Of a stretch of 64,000 bases of DNA, positions 37,264-46,778 are shown one piece after another (position 1 is the stretch's first letter; each line of letters opens with the position of its first letter). Position numbers and translations under genes: made by a program. The stretch covers positions 127 to 64,126 of the forward strand of contig CBDUYN010000035.1 in NCBI GenBank assembly GCA_965371445.1, read 5' to 3'. The notes beneath the pieces were generated by a model, which was given only the letters and a program-made list of their open reading frames with translations, was not told where the DNA came from and ran no database searches. The DNA comes from an uncultured bacterium (GTDB lineage Bacteria; Acidobacteriota; Thermoanaerobaculia; Multivoradales; J023).

Positions 37264-39266
37264 CCGGCGCCACGCCGCCGCCGGATCCACCGTACGGCGA
37301 GGATGGCCAGAAGGGCGGCGAGGAGGAGGGCGAGCATCGCCGTCCACGTGACGGCGGTGGCGTTGCGAAAGTAGACCGCCGGGTTCAGGCTCGCCACCGC
37401 GGTCCGCCTCGCCTCCGGGACGCGGTAGCGTTCCGGCACGTCGGCGACGCTGTCGCCGTCCGTGTCCGGGAGCTGGTCGAGATAGTCGACCAGAGCGAGC
37501 CATTCCTTGGCCTCCTGGACTCCCGGCGTGGTGGGGTCGGCGTCGACGAGCGCCGACTCGACGCTCGGGATCGGTCGTCCTGTGGCGTCCCTGGGAGCGA
37601 GAGAAAAGAGACCGGCGCTGAGCTCGCTCGCATAATGCATGTAGCTCAGGAAATAGGCGCTCATGCCGAAGCTGAAGAGCCGTTCCTCGTCGTCGAGGTC
37701 GATCGTCTCGTAGCCGCGGCGCTCGTCGCCCAATTCGATTTCGAAAACCTGGTCGAGCGGCGGACGGTACGGGTTGTAACGGAAGCGCAGGCCTGAGAAG
37801 AAGGGAAAATAACTCTTTCCTTTGAGGCGAGTGCCGATCAGGAGCACCTCGACGATGCTCTTGAGCTCCGGTGCCGTGAAATAGACCCGGGAAAGCGGGT
37901 AGCCTGGGCTCGACTCGACGGTGCCGATGCCGAGCGGCATCACCCGGAAAAGGTCCGAGGTCTGCTGGCGGCCGGTCTCACCGCGGCGGACGTTGTCGCG
38001 GATCATACCCGCGGTGGTCAGGACGACATCGGTGGGCTCGTCGAAGTAGCGGTCGATCGACCAGCGGACGGCGTCGGCCACCAGGGGGCCGAGGTTGCCG
38101 CCGGCCGGGTCGGCCGGGTCGTCGACGAGGTCGAAGCCGGTTTCGACGACGACGTCGCGAAAGCCGCGGCCGTAGGGTGCGAGGACCTCTTCGTCGATCC
38201 TCTCCACGTAGGCCGCGACCGTCTCCTCGATGTCGGGAGCGCTCGCGATCGAGTCGTCGATCGTCACGAGCTCGTAGTCGAGCACCCGGCTTCGCCCGTC
38301 GCGGACCTCAAGCTCCAGGACGCCGACGAACCGGGCCTCCGAGCCTGCCTGGACGACCGGCCGGCCATCGACGAGAGGTGGAACGGGGACCGGCTGGTGG
38401 GTGTGGCCGCTGACCACGACGTCGATGCCCGGGAGCTCACGTAAAAGCTCGATGCTGTCACCGACCCAGCGCGGTCCGACCTTGCGGAGCGCGCCGTGGT
38501 AGAGGCAGACGACGAGGTCGGCGCCCTCCTGCTCGCGCAGCACCGCGACCATCCTACGTGCTGTCTCCACGGGGTCGTCGAAGCTTGCCGGGCGGGCGTA
38601 GGCCGAGACTTCCGAAGCGTGGTACCCCAGGAGGCCGAAGAGGGCGATCCTCAAGCCGCCGCGCTCGACGAGGGTGAAGCGGCGCAGGACGCCGCGCTCG
38701 TAAAGCGCCGCCAGCTCGTCGTCGCCCTCGTCGTCGGGGTCGAAGCGGATGTTGGCGAGGAGAAGCTGCGGAAACGCTCCCTGGCGGCCCGCGGCTTCGA
38801 CGATGCGTGCCAGGCCGTCCGAATGGAAGTCGAAGTCGTGGTTGCCGAGGGTGGCGGCGTCGTAGCCGATGGCCTGCATCAGCCGGAGCTCCACAGCGTG
38901 TTGCTCGGCCAGTGTCTGGAAGAGGGTCCCCATCATGATGTCCCCGGCGTCGACGACGAGCGTGCGCTCGGGAGCGCGGGCACGGACCTCGCGGATCACC
39001 GTGGCGACGCGCGAGATGCCGCCGAGGGTCGCGTCGTCGTTCAAGGTCTCCGGGGTGTAGTCGCGATTGGGGGCAAAGCCCAGGAGGCGCGACTGGAGGT
39101 CGTTGGTGTGGACGATCGTCAGACGCTTCCCGTCCTCGGCGTGGGCCGTGGGGGCCACGGCAAGGAGGAGCAGGACGGCCGCGGCGGGAAGGCGATTCGC
39201 TGGGAGCGCAGGCGTCTCGCCTGCTTTCTTCCTTCGCTGGGATGCTCTCTGCTGATCCATCGTCAT
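37260..39266 (-). CDS. bifunctional metallophosphatase / 5'-nucleotidase (UshA-like), C-terminally membrane-anchored
   Basis: Start at MTMDQQ with a signal peptide. Calcineurin-like motifs (VHTNDLQS, DAGD, GNHDFD, GHTH) and a 5'-nucleotidase C-domain. C-terminal TM helix (AMLALLLAALLAILAV). Confidence 0.8.
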   Translation of the reverse strand: MTMDQQRASQRRKKAGETPALPANRLPAAAVLLLLAVAPTAHAEDGKRLTIVHTNDLQSRLLGFAPNRDYTPETLNDDATLGGISRVATVIREVRARAPERTLVVDAGDIMMGTLFQTLAEQHAVELRLMQAIGYDAATLGNHDFDFHSDGLARIVEAAGRQGAFPQLLLANIRFDPDDEGDDELAALYERGVLRRFTLVERGGLRIALFGLLGYHASEVSAYARPASFDDPVETARRMVAVLREQEGADLVVCLYHGALRKVGPRWVGDSIELLRELPGIDVVVSGHTHQPVPVPPLVDGRPVVQAGSEARFVGVLELEVRDGRSRVLDYELVTIDDSIASAPDIEETVAAYVERIDEEVLAPYGRGFRDVVVETGFDLVDDPADPAGGNLGPLVADAVRWSIDRYFDEPTDVVLTTAGMIRDNVRRGETGRQQTSDLFRVMPLGIGTVESSPGYPLSRVYFTAPELKSIVEVLLIGTRLKGKSYFPFFSGLRFRYNPYRPPLDQVFEIELGDERRGYETIDLDDEERLFSFGMSAYFLSYMHYASELSAGLFSLAPRDATGRPIPSVESALVDADPTTPGVQEAKEWLALVDYLDQLPDTDGDSVADVPERYRVPEARRTAVASLNPAVYFRNATAVTWTAMLALLLAALLAILAVRWIRRRRGAG

Positions 39267-39358
39267 GGCTCTCCTCATGAAGCGGCGATGGTACAGGAAG
39301 CGTCCCTGGCGGGGCAAAGGGCCGAGAGGAGAGTGGAGCGACATGCTAGCTTCTCGGT

Positions 39359-41281
39359 ATGCGCTCGATCGCAAGGCTCACGGCTACGCTTTTCTTCACT
39401 CTCCTTGCCACGGCGCCCTCAGGCGCGCTGCCACGCGCCAAAGAGCGCTGGATCGAGCTGCGCACGCCGCACTTCACCATCTTGAGCGCCGCTGGCGAGG
39501 CGACCGCCCAGAAAGTCGCGATTCATCTCGAACAGATGCGCGCCGTCTTCGGCCAGATTACCCGCTTCGACCTCGATTCGCCGGTCCCGACCTGGGTCTA
39601 CGTCTTCGCCACCGACCGCCAGTTCACGCCCTACAAGCCTCTCCACGACGGCCGGCCCCTGCAGGCCGGCGGCTACTTCCTGCGCCACGAAGGCGGAAGC
39701 TACATCGCCATCAACGGAGACTTCGTCACCGATCCGGTGTCGACCGTCTACCACGAATACACTCACTTCGTCGTTCGCAAGAATCTCCCCGACCTGCCGC
39801 TCTGGCTCAACGAAGGCCTGGCCGAGTACTTCAGCAGCTTTCGGATAAGGGGTGGGAAGGCCGAGGTTGGCCGGGCCATTGAGGAGCACGTGCTCTGGCT
39901 CCGCCAGAACCGGCTGATTCCTCTTCCCGAGCTCTTCGCCATGGACTCCGACTCGCCCGGCTTCCAGGAAGGCAAGCGGCGCGGGGTCTTCTACGCTCAG
40001 TCCTGGGCCCTCGTCCATTACTTCCTGGTCGGCCGGAAGGAGAAAAGCGACGAGTTCCTGCGCTTCTTGGAGCTGAGCTCGGAAAACGAGGGCGTCGAGG
40101 AGGCTTTCGCCGGGGCCTTTGGGATCGGGACCTCACGGCTGGAGACCGAGATCGCGGGATACGTTCGGCGGCCGTCCTTGGGATGGGTGACGGTGCCGAT
40201 CGACGAGGTGGAGATCCCTGCCTTCAAGGTTCGTCCGCTGGAGCGTTACGAGGTCCTCGGCCGGCTCGGGGACCTGCTTGTCCGAGTCGAGGACCACGAA
40301 GCGGAAGCCACCGATCATTTTCAGGCGGCGCTCGCCGAGCGTCCGGGCGATCCGGCGGCCGGCGATCCGGTGGCCATGGCCGGGCTGGGCTACCTGGCGG
40401 AGCTCGACGAGCGCTTCGAGGAAGCACTCGACCTCTACAAAGCGGTGACGGCGTCGGCCGAGGCCGATTTCATGACCCTCTATCGCCACGCCTGGCTGCT
40501 CGTCGATCAGGGGACGGCCCAGGCGTCCGAGGCACGAGAGCTCCTGCGACGAAGCGTCGCCAAAAATCCCTCTTTTCCGCCGGCATGGTCGCTTCTGGCC
40601 TACGTCTACACCTTGGAGGGCGAGCCGCCTCCGGAGGCGGTGGAGGCAGCGGAGACCGCCCGCCGGCTTCTTCCGGAAAGCGACGAGGCCGTGGAGAACC
40701 TGCTCGCCATCTACGCCGGACGCGGCGACAGCCAGGCGATCGAGGAGCTGATGCAGCGCGACCTTGTAGGTCGAAGCGCACCGCAGCTCTACGAGCGGGC
40801 GCGGACCTTTCTCCTGGAGGCGAAGCTCCGGGAGTCTCAGGCTTTCGTCCGCGAGGGACGGCGCGAGGAGGTCCGGGCCTCCCTGGAGCAGTTGCCTGGG
40901 GAGACCGAAGACTGGGAAGGTTTCGGGGCGAGCTCTTTCGCCGCGCGCTACAACAAGGCTCTGGCGCTCATGGGCTCTGGCGACTTCGCACCGGCGCGGA
41001 CTCTTCTCCAGGAATTGGCCGCGGCAAGCGACGGTGCCGAAGCCGAGCGGGCTCGCGAGCTTCTGGCTCAGGTGGAAGCGGCGGCCGGTGTCGAGCTCCA
41101 CAACCGTTTCGCCGAAGTCTACAACCGGGCCGTCGCGCGCTTCAACGCCCGCGACTACGCGGCGGGCGCTCGAATCTTGGAGGAGCTCCTGGCGACTCTT
41201 CCCGAGGTGAGCCGTGAGGCGAAGAAGGCCCGTGACTTGCTCGAACGTCTCAGATCCGAGCTCTTGCGCCGCGACGGATAG
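39359..41281 (+). CDS. DUF1570-like putative zinc-metallopeptidase-fold protein with C-terminal TPR region, secreted
   Basis: Signal peptide. HEYTH motif in a DUF1570-like context (VYHEYTHFVVRKNLPDLPLWLNEGLAEYF). TPR-like C-terminal half. Confidence 0.6.
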   Translation: MRSIARLTATLFFTLLATAPSGALPRAKERWIELRTPHFTILSAAGEATAQKVAIHLEQMRAVFGQITRFDLDSPVPTWVYVFATDRQFTPYKPLHDGRPLQAGGYFLRHEGGSYIAINGDFVTDPVSTVYHEYTHFVVRKNLPDLPLWLNEGLAEYFSSFRIRGGKAEVGRAIEEHVLWLRQNRLIPLPELFAMDSDSPGFQEGKRRGVFYAQSWALVHYFLVGRKEKSDEFLRFLELSSENEGVEEAFAGAFGIGTSRLETEIAGYVRRPSLGWVTVPIDEVEIPAFKVRPLERYEVLGRLGDLLVRVEDHEAEATDHFQAALAERPGDPAAGDPVAMAGLGYLAELDERFEEALDLYKAVTASAEADFMTLYRHAWLLVDQGTAQASEARELLRRSVAKNPSFPPAWSLLAYVYTLEGEPPPEAVEAAETARRLLPESDEAVENLLAIYAGRGDSQAIEELMQRDLVGRSAPQLYERARTFLLEAKLRESQAFVREGRREEVRASLEQLPGETEDWEGFGASSFAARYNKALALMGSGDFAPARTLLQELAAASDGAEAERARELLAQVEAAAGVELHNRFAEVYNRAVARFNARDYAAGARILEELLATLPEVSREAKKARDLLERLRSELLRRDG

Positions 41282-41297
41282 AGTCTGGAAAGGTGCT

Positions 41298-43310
41298 CTA
41301 CGGCGAGGCGTGCGAAGGACGAAAGCTCGAGGTACTCGACGGTTCGGCCGCCACGACGACCCGGTCGCGTCCGGAGCGTTTGGCCTCGTAGAGGGCGTGA
41401 TCGGCGTGTTCCAAAACGTCGCGCCAACTGGCGCCGTGGAGAGGCCAGAGGGCAGCGCCAAAAGAGGCGGTGATCGCGCCCAGGGTCTGGCCGTCGGAGC
41501 GCGGTTTGAGTCCCCGGACGCCGTGGCGCATCTCGTCGGCGCGGCGGCGGACGACCTCGAGCGGAGCGCCCGGCAGGACGACGACGAACTCCTCGCCGCC
41601 GTAGCGGCAGACCACGTCGCCTTGACGCGCCGCGGTTTCCAGGAACCTGGCGACCTCGCGCAGGACGACGTCTCCCGCCTCGTGTCCCCAGGTGTCGTTG
41701 AAGCGTTTGAAGTGGTCGATGTCGAGGATGAGGAGCCCGATCGTCGAGGCGTCGCGCGATGCTCGGGCGACCTCGAGCCCCAACTGCTCGTTCAAGTACC
41801 GGCGGTTGACGAGCCCTGTCAGGGCGTCGCGGATCGATTGTTCCTTGAGCTCCTGATGGGCGCGGATGTTGCCGAGGGAAAGCGACATCGTTCGCGCCAA
41901 GGTGCGCAAGAAAGCTCCGTCGGGCTCTTCCGTGGCGAGGTAGAGGACGCCGACCGCCTCTCCCTGGGCGATGAGAGGCAGGCAGATATAGGCCTCGGCT
42001 CCTTCGACATGAGCGCAGACGGCGGGCTCTTCGGCATTGGAGACTTGATGGACCCGGCCGCGGCGCAGCGCCCAGCAATCCTCAACGGTGAACGCTCTTC
42101 CAGGCCGGGGCGGCTCGCCCCAGGTGACGACTTCCTTGAGGATGGTCCCGTCCTTGAGCTCGAACAGAGCCCCGGGCGTTGTCGGCAGCAGCTGCGCCAT
42201 CTCCGCCGCGATGATCTTGTAGGCTTCCTCGGAGCTGACCGCGACCTGGAGCAATTCGCTCATTCGGTCGCGGCGGTGCATCTGGTGGCGGAGCCGGACC
42301 TCGATTTCGCGTCCGGCACCGAGGACCACCGCGGCCAGGAAGAAGACGACCATCTCGGCGTAGAGCCCGACGGAGTAGATGTCGGCGTTGTCCGGCAGGT
42401 AGTCGCCGTCGGTGTAGGTCCGGGCCGCGAGGTAGAGGATGCTGGCGAGCGAAGCCGAGAGGAGCCCGCCGCGCAGCCCGTAGGAAAGCGCCGACCAGAG
42501 GATGAGGCCCAGGTACGTCAGCAGCGGCCAGTTGCCGGCCTCGGGGTTCGACCGGATGACGATGACGAGAGCCGTGCTGGCCAGCAGGCCCAGGGCGAGG
42601 AGCATCAACTGACCTGCGATCGGGACTTCCGATTTCGAAGGTTGGATCTGCAGGTTCTCGGGAAACCGCTTCGCTGGCGAGAGCTCCCTGGGCATCGGGA
42701 CGAGCAGCGGTTGTGTGAAGCGTCCGGCGAGGAGCATCAACGGGGGGGCGAAAAAAAGGACCGAGGCCAGGTTGCTGGCGGCGTGGGTCATCAACCCGCT
42801 CAGGCTGAGCTCGACGGGAAAGAGCAACTGGGTCGCGGCCGCGGTCAAGACGCCTCCGACCGCCGCGGCGGCGGCGAGGGCGAGGACCGAGCGCGCGTCG
42901 GGGAAGCCTCTGCCGATTCGGCCGACGTGGCGGAAGACCAGGTAGCCAACGATCCCGAGCAGGGCGTAGGAGATCGGTACGGCCACCCAAAGGCTGACGG
43001 CGTTCGACTCTGCAAAGACTGCCTGCCCCAGGGCGTCACCTCTGAGGGCGAGGGCGTTTTCCGTTTCGGTTAGCGTCGCAACTTGGAGAAGACGGACGTA
43101 GTGGCTCGTCGCCAGACCCGCGGACCAGCCGACGATCCCTGGCCAGCCCCACAGGACCCCTGCGAGGAAGGCGCCGGCCGGTACGGCCTCCAGGGCGGTG
43201 AGCAAGATCTTCTGGTCGAGCGCGTAGTTGCCCCACTCGATGCCGACGGCGGCGAGCCACGCCAGGAGGAATCGTAGGACGTTGAGGAGGGCTGGTCTGT
43301 GCTTCGACAT
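41298..43310 (-). CDS. membrane sensor diguanylate cyclase (polytopic N-domain + GAF + GGDEF)
   Basis: 670 aa. Several TM helices, a GAF-like middle region and a C-terminal GGDEF domain (RYGGEEFVVVL, GDVVLREVA). Confidence 0.85.
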   Translation of the reverse strand: MSKHRPALLNVLRFLLAWLAAVGIEWGNYALDQKILLTALEAVPAGAFLAGVLWGWPGIVGWSAGLATSHYVRLLQVATLTETENALALRGDALGQAVFAESNAVSLWVAVPISYALLGIVGYLVFRHVGRIGRGFPDARSVLALAAAAAVGGVLTAAATQLLFPVELSLSGLMTHAASNLASVLFFAPPLMLLAGRFTQPLLVPMPRELSPAKRFPENLQIQPSKSEVPIAGQLMLLALGLLASTALVIVIRSNPEAGNWPLLTYLGLILWSALSYGLRGGLLSASLASILYLAARTYTDGDYLPDNADIYSVGLYAEMVVFFLAAVVLGAGREIEVRLRHQMHRRDRMSELLQVAVSSEEAYKIIAAEMAQLLPTTPGALFELKDGTILKEVVTWGEPPRPGRAFTVEDCWALRRGRVHQVSNAEEPAVCAHVEGAEAYICLPLIAQGEAVGVLYLATEEPDGAFLRTLARTMSLSLGNIRAHQELKEQSIRDALTGLVNRRYLNEQLGLEVARASRDASTIGLLILDIDHFKRFNDTWGHEAGDVVLREVARFLETAARQGDVVCRYGGEEFVVVLPGAPLEVVRRRADEMRHGVRGLKPRSDGQTLGAITASFGAALWPLHGASWRDVLEHADHALYEAKRSGRDRVVVAAEPSSTSSFRPSHASP

Positions 43311-43469
43311 AGAATCAGGGTCCGGAGGCTCGGAGGCCTAGTATAACCCGTCGATGGGCTCTTGGGCCGACGTTGTGCGCCGAGCCTTCCTGGCAACATT
43401 TCCCTGGACAACCTCGGGTGTCCCTGAGATGCTCGGCGCACGATTACGCCGAGCGTAAAGGACGGTGCC

Positions 43470-46400
43470 GTGCGCTACCACGCCGACCTGCACATTCATT
43501 CGAAGCATTCCCGCGCCACCAGCCGCGACTGCGACTTGGAGCACCTGGCCTGGTGGGCCCGTCGCAAGGGCCTGACGGTCGTCGCCACCGGCGACTTCAC
43601 CCACCCGGCCTGGTTCGAGGAGATCCGGGAGAAGCTCGTCCCCGCCGAGCCGGGGCTCTTCCGGCTGCGCGGCGACATCGAGCGCGAGGTCCTCTCGACG
43701 CTGCCGGCCGCCTGCCAGGGGCCGGTGCGCTTCCTGCTCGAAGTCGAGATTTCGACCATCTACAAGAAAGACGACCGGACCCGCAAGGTCCATCACCTGA
43801 TCTACGCGGCGACGATCGACACCGCGTCGCGCTTCCGCGACCGCCTGGCCACGGTGGGCAACATCGCTTCCGACGGCCGCCCGATCCTCGGCCTCGACTC
43901 ACGTCACCTCTTGGAGATCACCCTCGAGAGCGGCGAGGACGCCTACCTCGTCCCGGCCCACGTCTGGACGCCTTGGTTCGCCGTCCTGGGTTCGAAGTCG
44001 GGTTTCGACTCGGTCACCGACTGCTATGGCGACTTGGCGGAGCACATCTTCGCGGTGGAGACGGGCCTGTCGTCGGATCCGCCGATGAACTGGCGCGTTT
44101 CGGACCTCGACCGCTACACCCTGGTCTCGAATTCCGACGCCCACTCGCCGCCGATGCTCGGCCGCGAGGCCTGCGTTTTTGACACCGAGCTCGACTACTT
44201 CGCCATGCGCCGGGCTTTGGAGACCCGCGAGGGCTTCGGTGGCACCGTGGAGTTTTTTCCCGAAGAGGGGAAGTATCACCTCGACGGCCACCGCGCCTGC
44301 GCCGTGCGTCTCGAACCGGAGGAAACGCGCCGTCGCGGCGGGCTCTGCCCGTCCTGCGGCAAGGCCGTGACAATCGGGGTGCTTCACCGGGTGGAGACTC
44401 TCGCGGACCGTCCGGAGGGAGCCCGGCCTGAGACCGCGGCGCCCTTCCGCAGCCTCGTCCAACTGCCGGAGATCCTCTCGGAGCTCCACGGCGTGGGGCC
44501 GAAGTCGAAGACGGTCGAGCGCGCGGTCTCGGCCCTCGTCTCCCGCCTCGGACCGGAGATGGAGATCCTCGAAGAGGTGCCGCTGGAGGATGTCGAGCGC
44601 ACCGCCGATCCGCTCCTCGCGGAGGCCCTCCGGCGGCTTCGCCGCGGCCAGGTGCGTTGCGAGGGAGGCTACGACGGAGAGTACGGCACGATCCGTCTCT
44701 TCGAGCCCGAGGAAGTGACGTCGCAGCTGCGGCTGTTCGCGTTGCGAGAGCCTCCCAAGCCGGAGCCGACGCCGGAACCGGTACCGGCGCCCGAGCCCGT
44801 GGCCTCGGAGCTTGCCGCGGTCCATACCGTCCAAGAGAGCCTCCCTCTTGCGTCCGGACCGCCCCTGCTCGCGGCGCTCGACCCCGACCAGCGAGCCGCC
44901 GCCGAGGTCCTCGACGGGGCGCTCCTGATCGTTGCCGGCCCCGGTACCGGCAAGACCCGGACCCTGACGCACCGCATCGCCCATCTCATCGCCCGGGGTA
45001 CGCCGGCCTCGAGGTGTCTGGCGCTGACCTTCACCCGCCGCGCCGCGACGGAGATGCGCGAGCGGCTCGACGCGTTGCTGCCGGCCGCGGGCCGAATCCT
45101 CGTGACCACGTTTCACGGTCTGGGGCTTCGCATCCTGCGCGAGCAGCACGCCGAAGTCGGGCTCGACCGCGCCTTCCGCGTCGCCGACGAGGCGATGCGC
45201 CTGGAGGTCGCGGCGCAGGTTTTTGCCTTGTCCCGTTCGGAGGCGGTCCGGCTCATCGCCGATCTCGCCGCGGCGCGGCGCGACGGGGAGGCCCACGAAC
45301 GCCTGCCTGCCTACCGCCTGGCGCTCTGGGAACGGGAGCTCGTCGATTTCGACGATCTGCTCGCCCTGCCGGTGGAGCTCTTCGCCGAGCGTCCCGAGGT
45401 CCTGGAGGGCTACCGGCAGCGCTTTCGCCACCTCTCGATCGACGAGTACCAGGACATCGACGCGCTCCAGTACCGCCTCATCCGCCTGCTGGCTGGCGAG
45501 GGCGGCAACCTCTGCGCGATCGGCGACCCGGACCAGTCGATCTACCGCTTCCGTGGCGCCGACGTGGGCTTCTTCCTGCGTTTCCAGGAGGACTTCGCGC
45601 CGGCTCGGCTCGTCGAGCTGCGGCGTAACTACCGTTCGCAGCCGACGGTGCTTCGGGCGGCCCTCCAGGCCATCGCGCCGTCGAGCCTTGTGGCCGGCCG
45701 TCAGCTGGAGCCGGTGGGGGAGCACAAGGCAGAGCCGGTCGTCGTCCTCGAGGCGGCGAGTGAGCGGGCCGAGGCGGAGCTCGTGGTCCGCACGATCGAG
45801 GAGCAGCTGGGGGGGACCTCCTACTTCTCGATCGACAGCGGACGCGTCCGCTCCGAGGACGCGGCGCTCATGGGCGAGCTCTCCTTCGACGACTTCGCGA
45901 TCCTCTATCGGACCCACGCCCAGGCGGAGGCGCTCGTCGAGGCCCTGGAGCGGGCCGGCATGCCCTACCAGAAGCGCTCCCACGAACGGCTGATGGAGCG
46001 CGACGAGGTTCGCCTCCTCGTCCACGTCCTGGAGTCCCAGGCGTCGGCGGACGAGACGAGCGTCCTCGAGAGACTCCGCCAAGCGCGGCAGGAAGCCGGT
46101 GGGGTCGGCGATTGTGCCCTCGACCAGGCCCTGGAGCTTGTCGCGCCGCTCGCCGAGCGGCACGGTAGCGACCTCGCCGCCTTCCTCGCCGAGATCGCCC
46201 TGGGAGCCGAGGTCGACACCTGGGACCCGCGGGCGGAACGCTTGTCGCTTTTGACGCTCCACGCGGCGAAGGGCCTGGAGTTCCCCGTGGTCTTCCTCGT
46301 CGGCTGTGAGGAGGGACTGATGCCCTTTTCGCCACCGTGGGAGGACGCCGACGTCGACGTGGCCGAGGAGCGAAGGCTCTTTTTCGTCGGCATGACCCGG

Positions 46401-46580
46401 GCACGTTCGCGCCTCTATCTTTCGTGGGCGCGCCGCCGCCGGCTGCGCTCCGAGGTGGTGAAGAGGCGGCCCTCGCCTTTCCTGTGCGACATTGAGGAGA
46501 CCCTCCTGAGCCGTCGCCGCAATGAGCCGGTGCGACGGCGTCGCCGCGGCGAAGACGTCCGGCAGCTACGGCTGCTTTGA
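43470..46580 (+). CDS. PHP-domain/Zn-ribbon (COG1379-like) phosphoesterase fused to UvrD/PcrA-family superfamily-1 DNA helicase
   Basis: 1036 aa.
- N-terminal PHP domain: MRYHADLHIHSKHSRATSRD...TGDFTHPAWF, ...VSNSDAHSPPMLG.
- Cys ribbon: CPSCGKAVTIGVLHRV.
- UvrD-like motifs: IVAGPGTGKTRTL (Walker A), LALTFTRRAATEM, DEYQDID, and C-terminal helicase motifs (LTLHAAKGLEFPVVFLVG, FFVGMTRAR). Confidence 0.8.
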   Translation: MRYHADLHIHSKHSRATSRDCDLEHLAWWARRKGLTVVATGDFTHPAWFEEIREKLVPAEPGLFRLRGDIEREVLSTLPAACQGPVRFLLEVEISTIYKKDDRTRKVHHLIYAATIDTASRFRDRLATVGNIASDGRPILGLDSRHLLEITLESGEDAYLVPAHVWTPWFAVLGSKSGFDSVTDCYGDLAEHIFAVETGLSSDPPMNWRVSDLDRYTLVSNSDAHSPPMLGREACVFDTELDYFAMRRALETREGFGGTVEFFPEEGKYHLDGHRACAVRLEPEETRRRGGLCPSCGKAVTIGVLHRVETLADRPEGARPETAAPFRSLVQLPEILSELHGVGPKSKTVERAVSALVSRLGPEMEILEEVPLEDVERTADPLLAEALRRLRRGQVRCEGGYDGEYGTIRLFEPEEVTSQLRLFALREPPKPEPTPEPVPAPEPVASELAAVHTVQESLPLASGPPLLAALDPDQRAAAEVLDGALLIVAGPGTGKTRTLTHRIAHLIARGTPASRCLALTFTRRAATEMRERLDALLPAAGRILVTTFHGLGLRILREQHAEVGLDRAFRVADEAMRLEVAAQVFALSRSEAVRLIADLAAARRDGEAHERLPAYRLALWERELVDFDDLLALPVELFAERPEVLEGYRQRFRHLSIDEYQDIDALQYRLIRLLAGEGGNLCAIGDPDQSIYRFRGADVGFFLRFQEDFAPARLVELRRNYRSQPTVLRAALQAIAPSSLVAGRQLEPVGEHKAEPVVVLEAASERAEAELVVRTIEEQLGGTSYFSIDSGRVRSEDAALMGELSFDDFAILYRTHAQAEALVEALERAGMPYQKRSHERLMERDEVRLLVHVLESQASADETSVLERLRQARQEAGGVGDCALDQALELVAPLAERHGSDLAAFLAEIALGAEVDTWDPRAERLSLLTLHAAKGLEFPVVFLVGCEEGLMPFSPPWEDADVDVAEERRLFFVGMTRARSRLYLSWARRRRLRSEVVKRRPSPFLCDIEETLLSRRRNEPVRRRRRGEDVRQLRLL

Positions 46581-46778
46581 TCGGACCGGTGGGTGTCCCG
46601 TTGTGCGATCGACGGGTAAATCTTTACGTTTTCCTAGTGGTTGAAGTCAAATTCTTTGCCCGGTGTCTTCGCAGGCATCGGCGAGAAGTGCCAGACACCC
46701 CTTCCACGCGGTCCATTGGTGTGCTACACTCTCTCTTTGCCATCTCACGATGACAGGGCTGGATAGGAGGGTGCAGTC

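Noticed and set aside
46581-46778. AT-richer intergenic segment considered as a possible tRNA or ncRNA.
   Set aside because: - No cloverleaf-compatible stems and no conserved T-loop (GTTCRA).
- It fits a promoter / 5' UTR for the hybrid histidine kinase, with a GGAGGG Shine-Dalgarno before the ATG.
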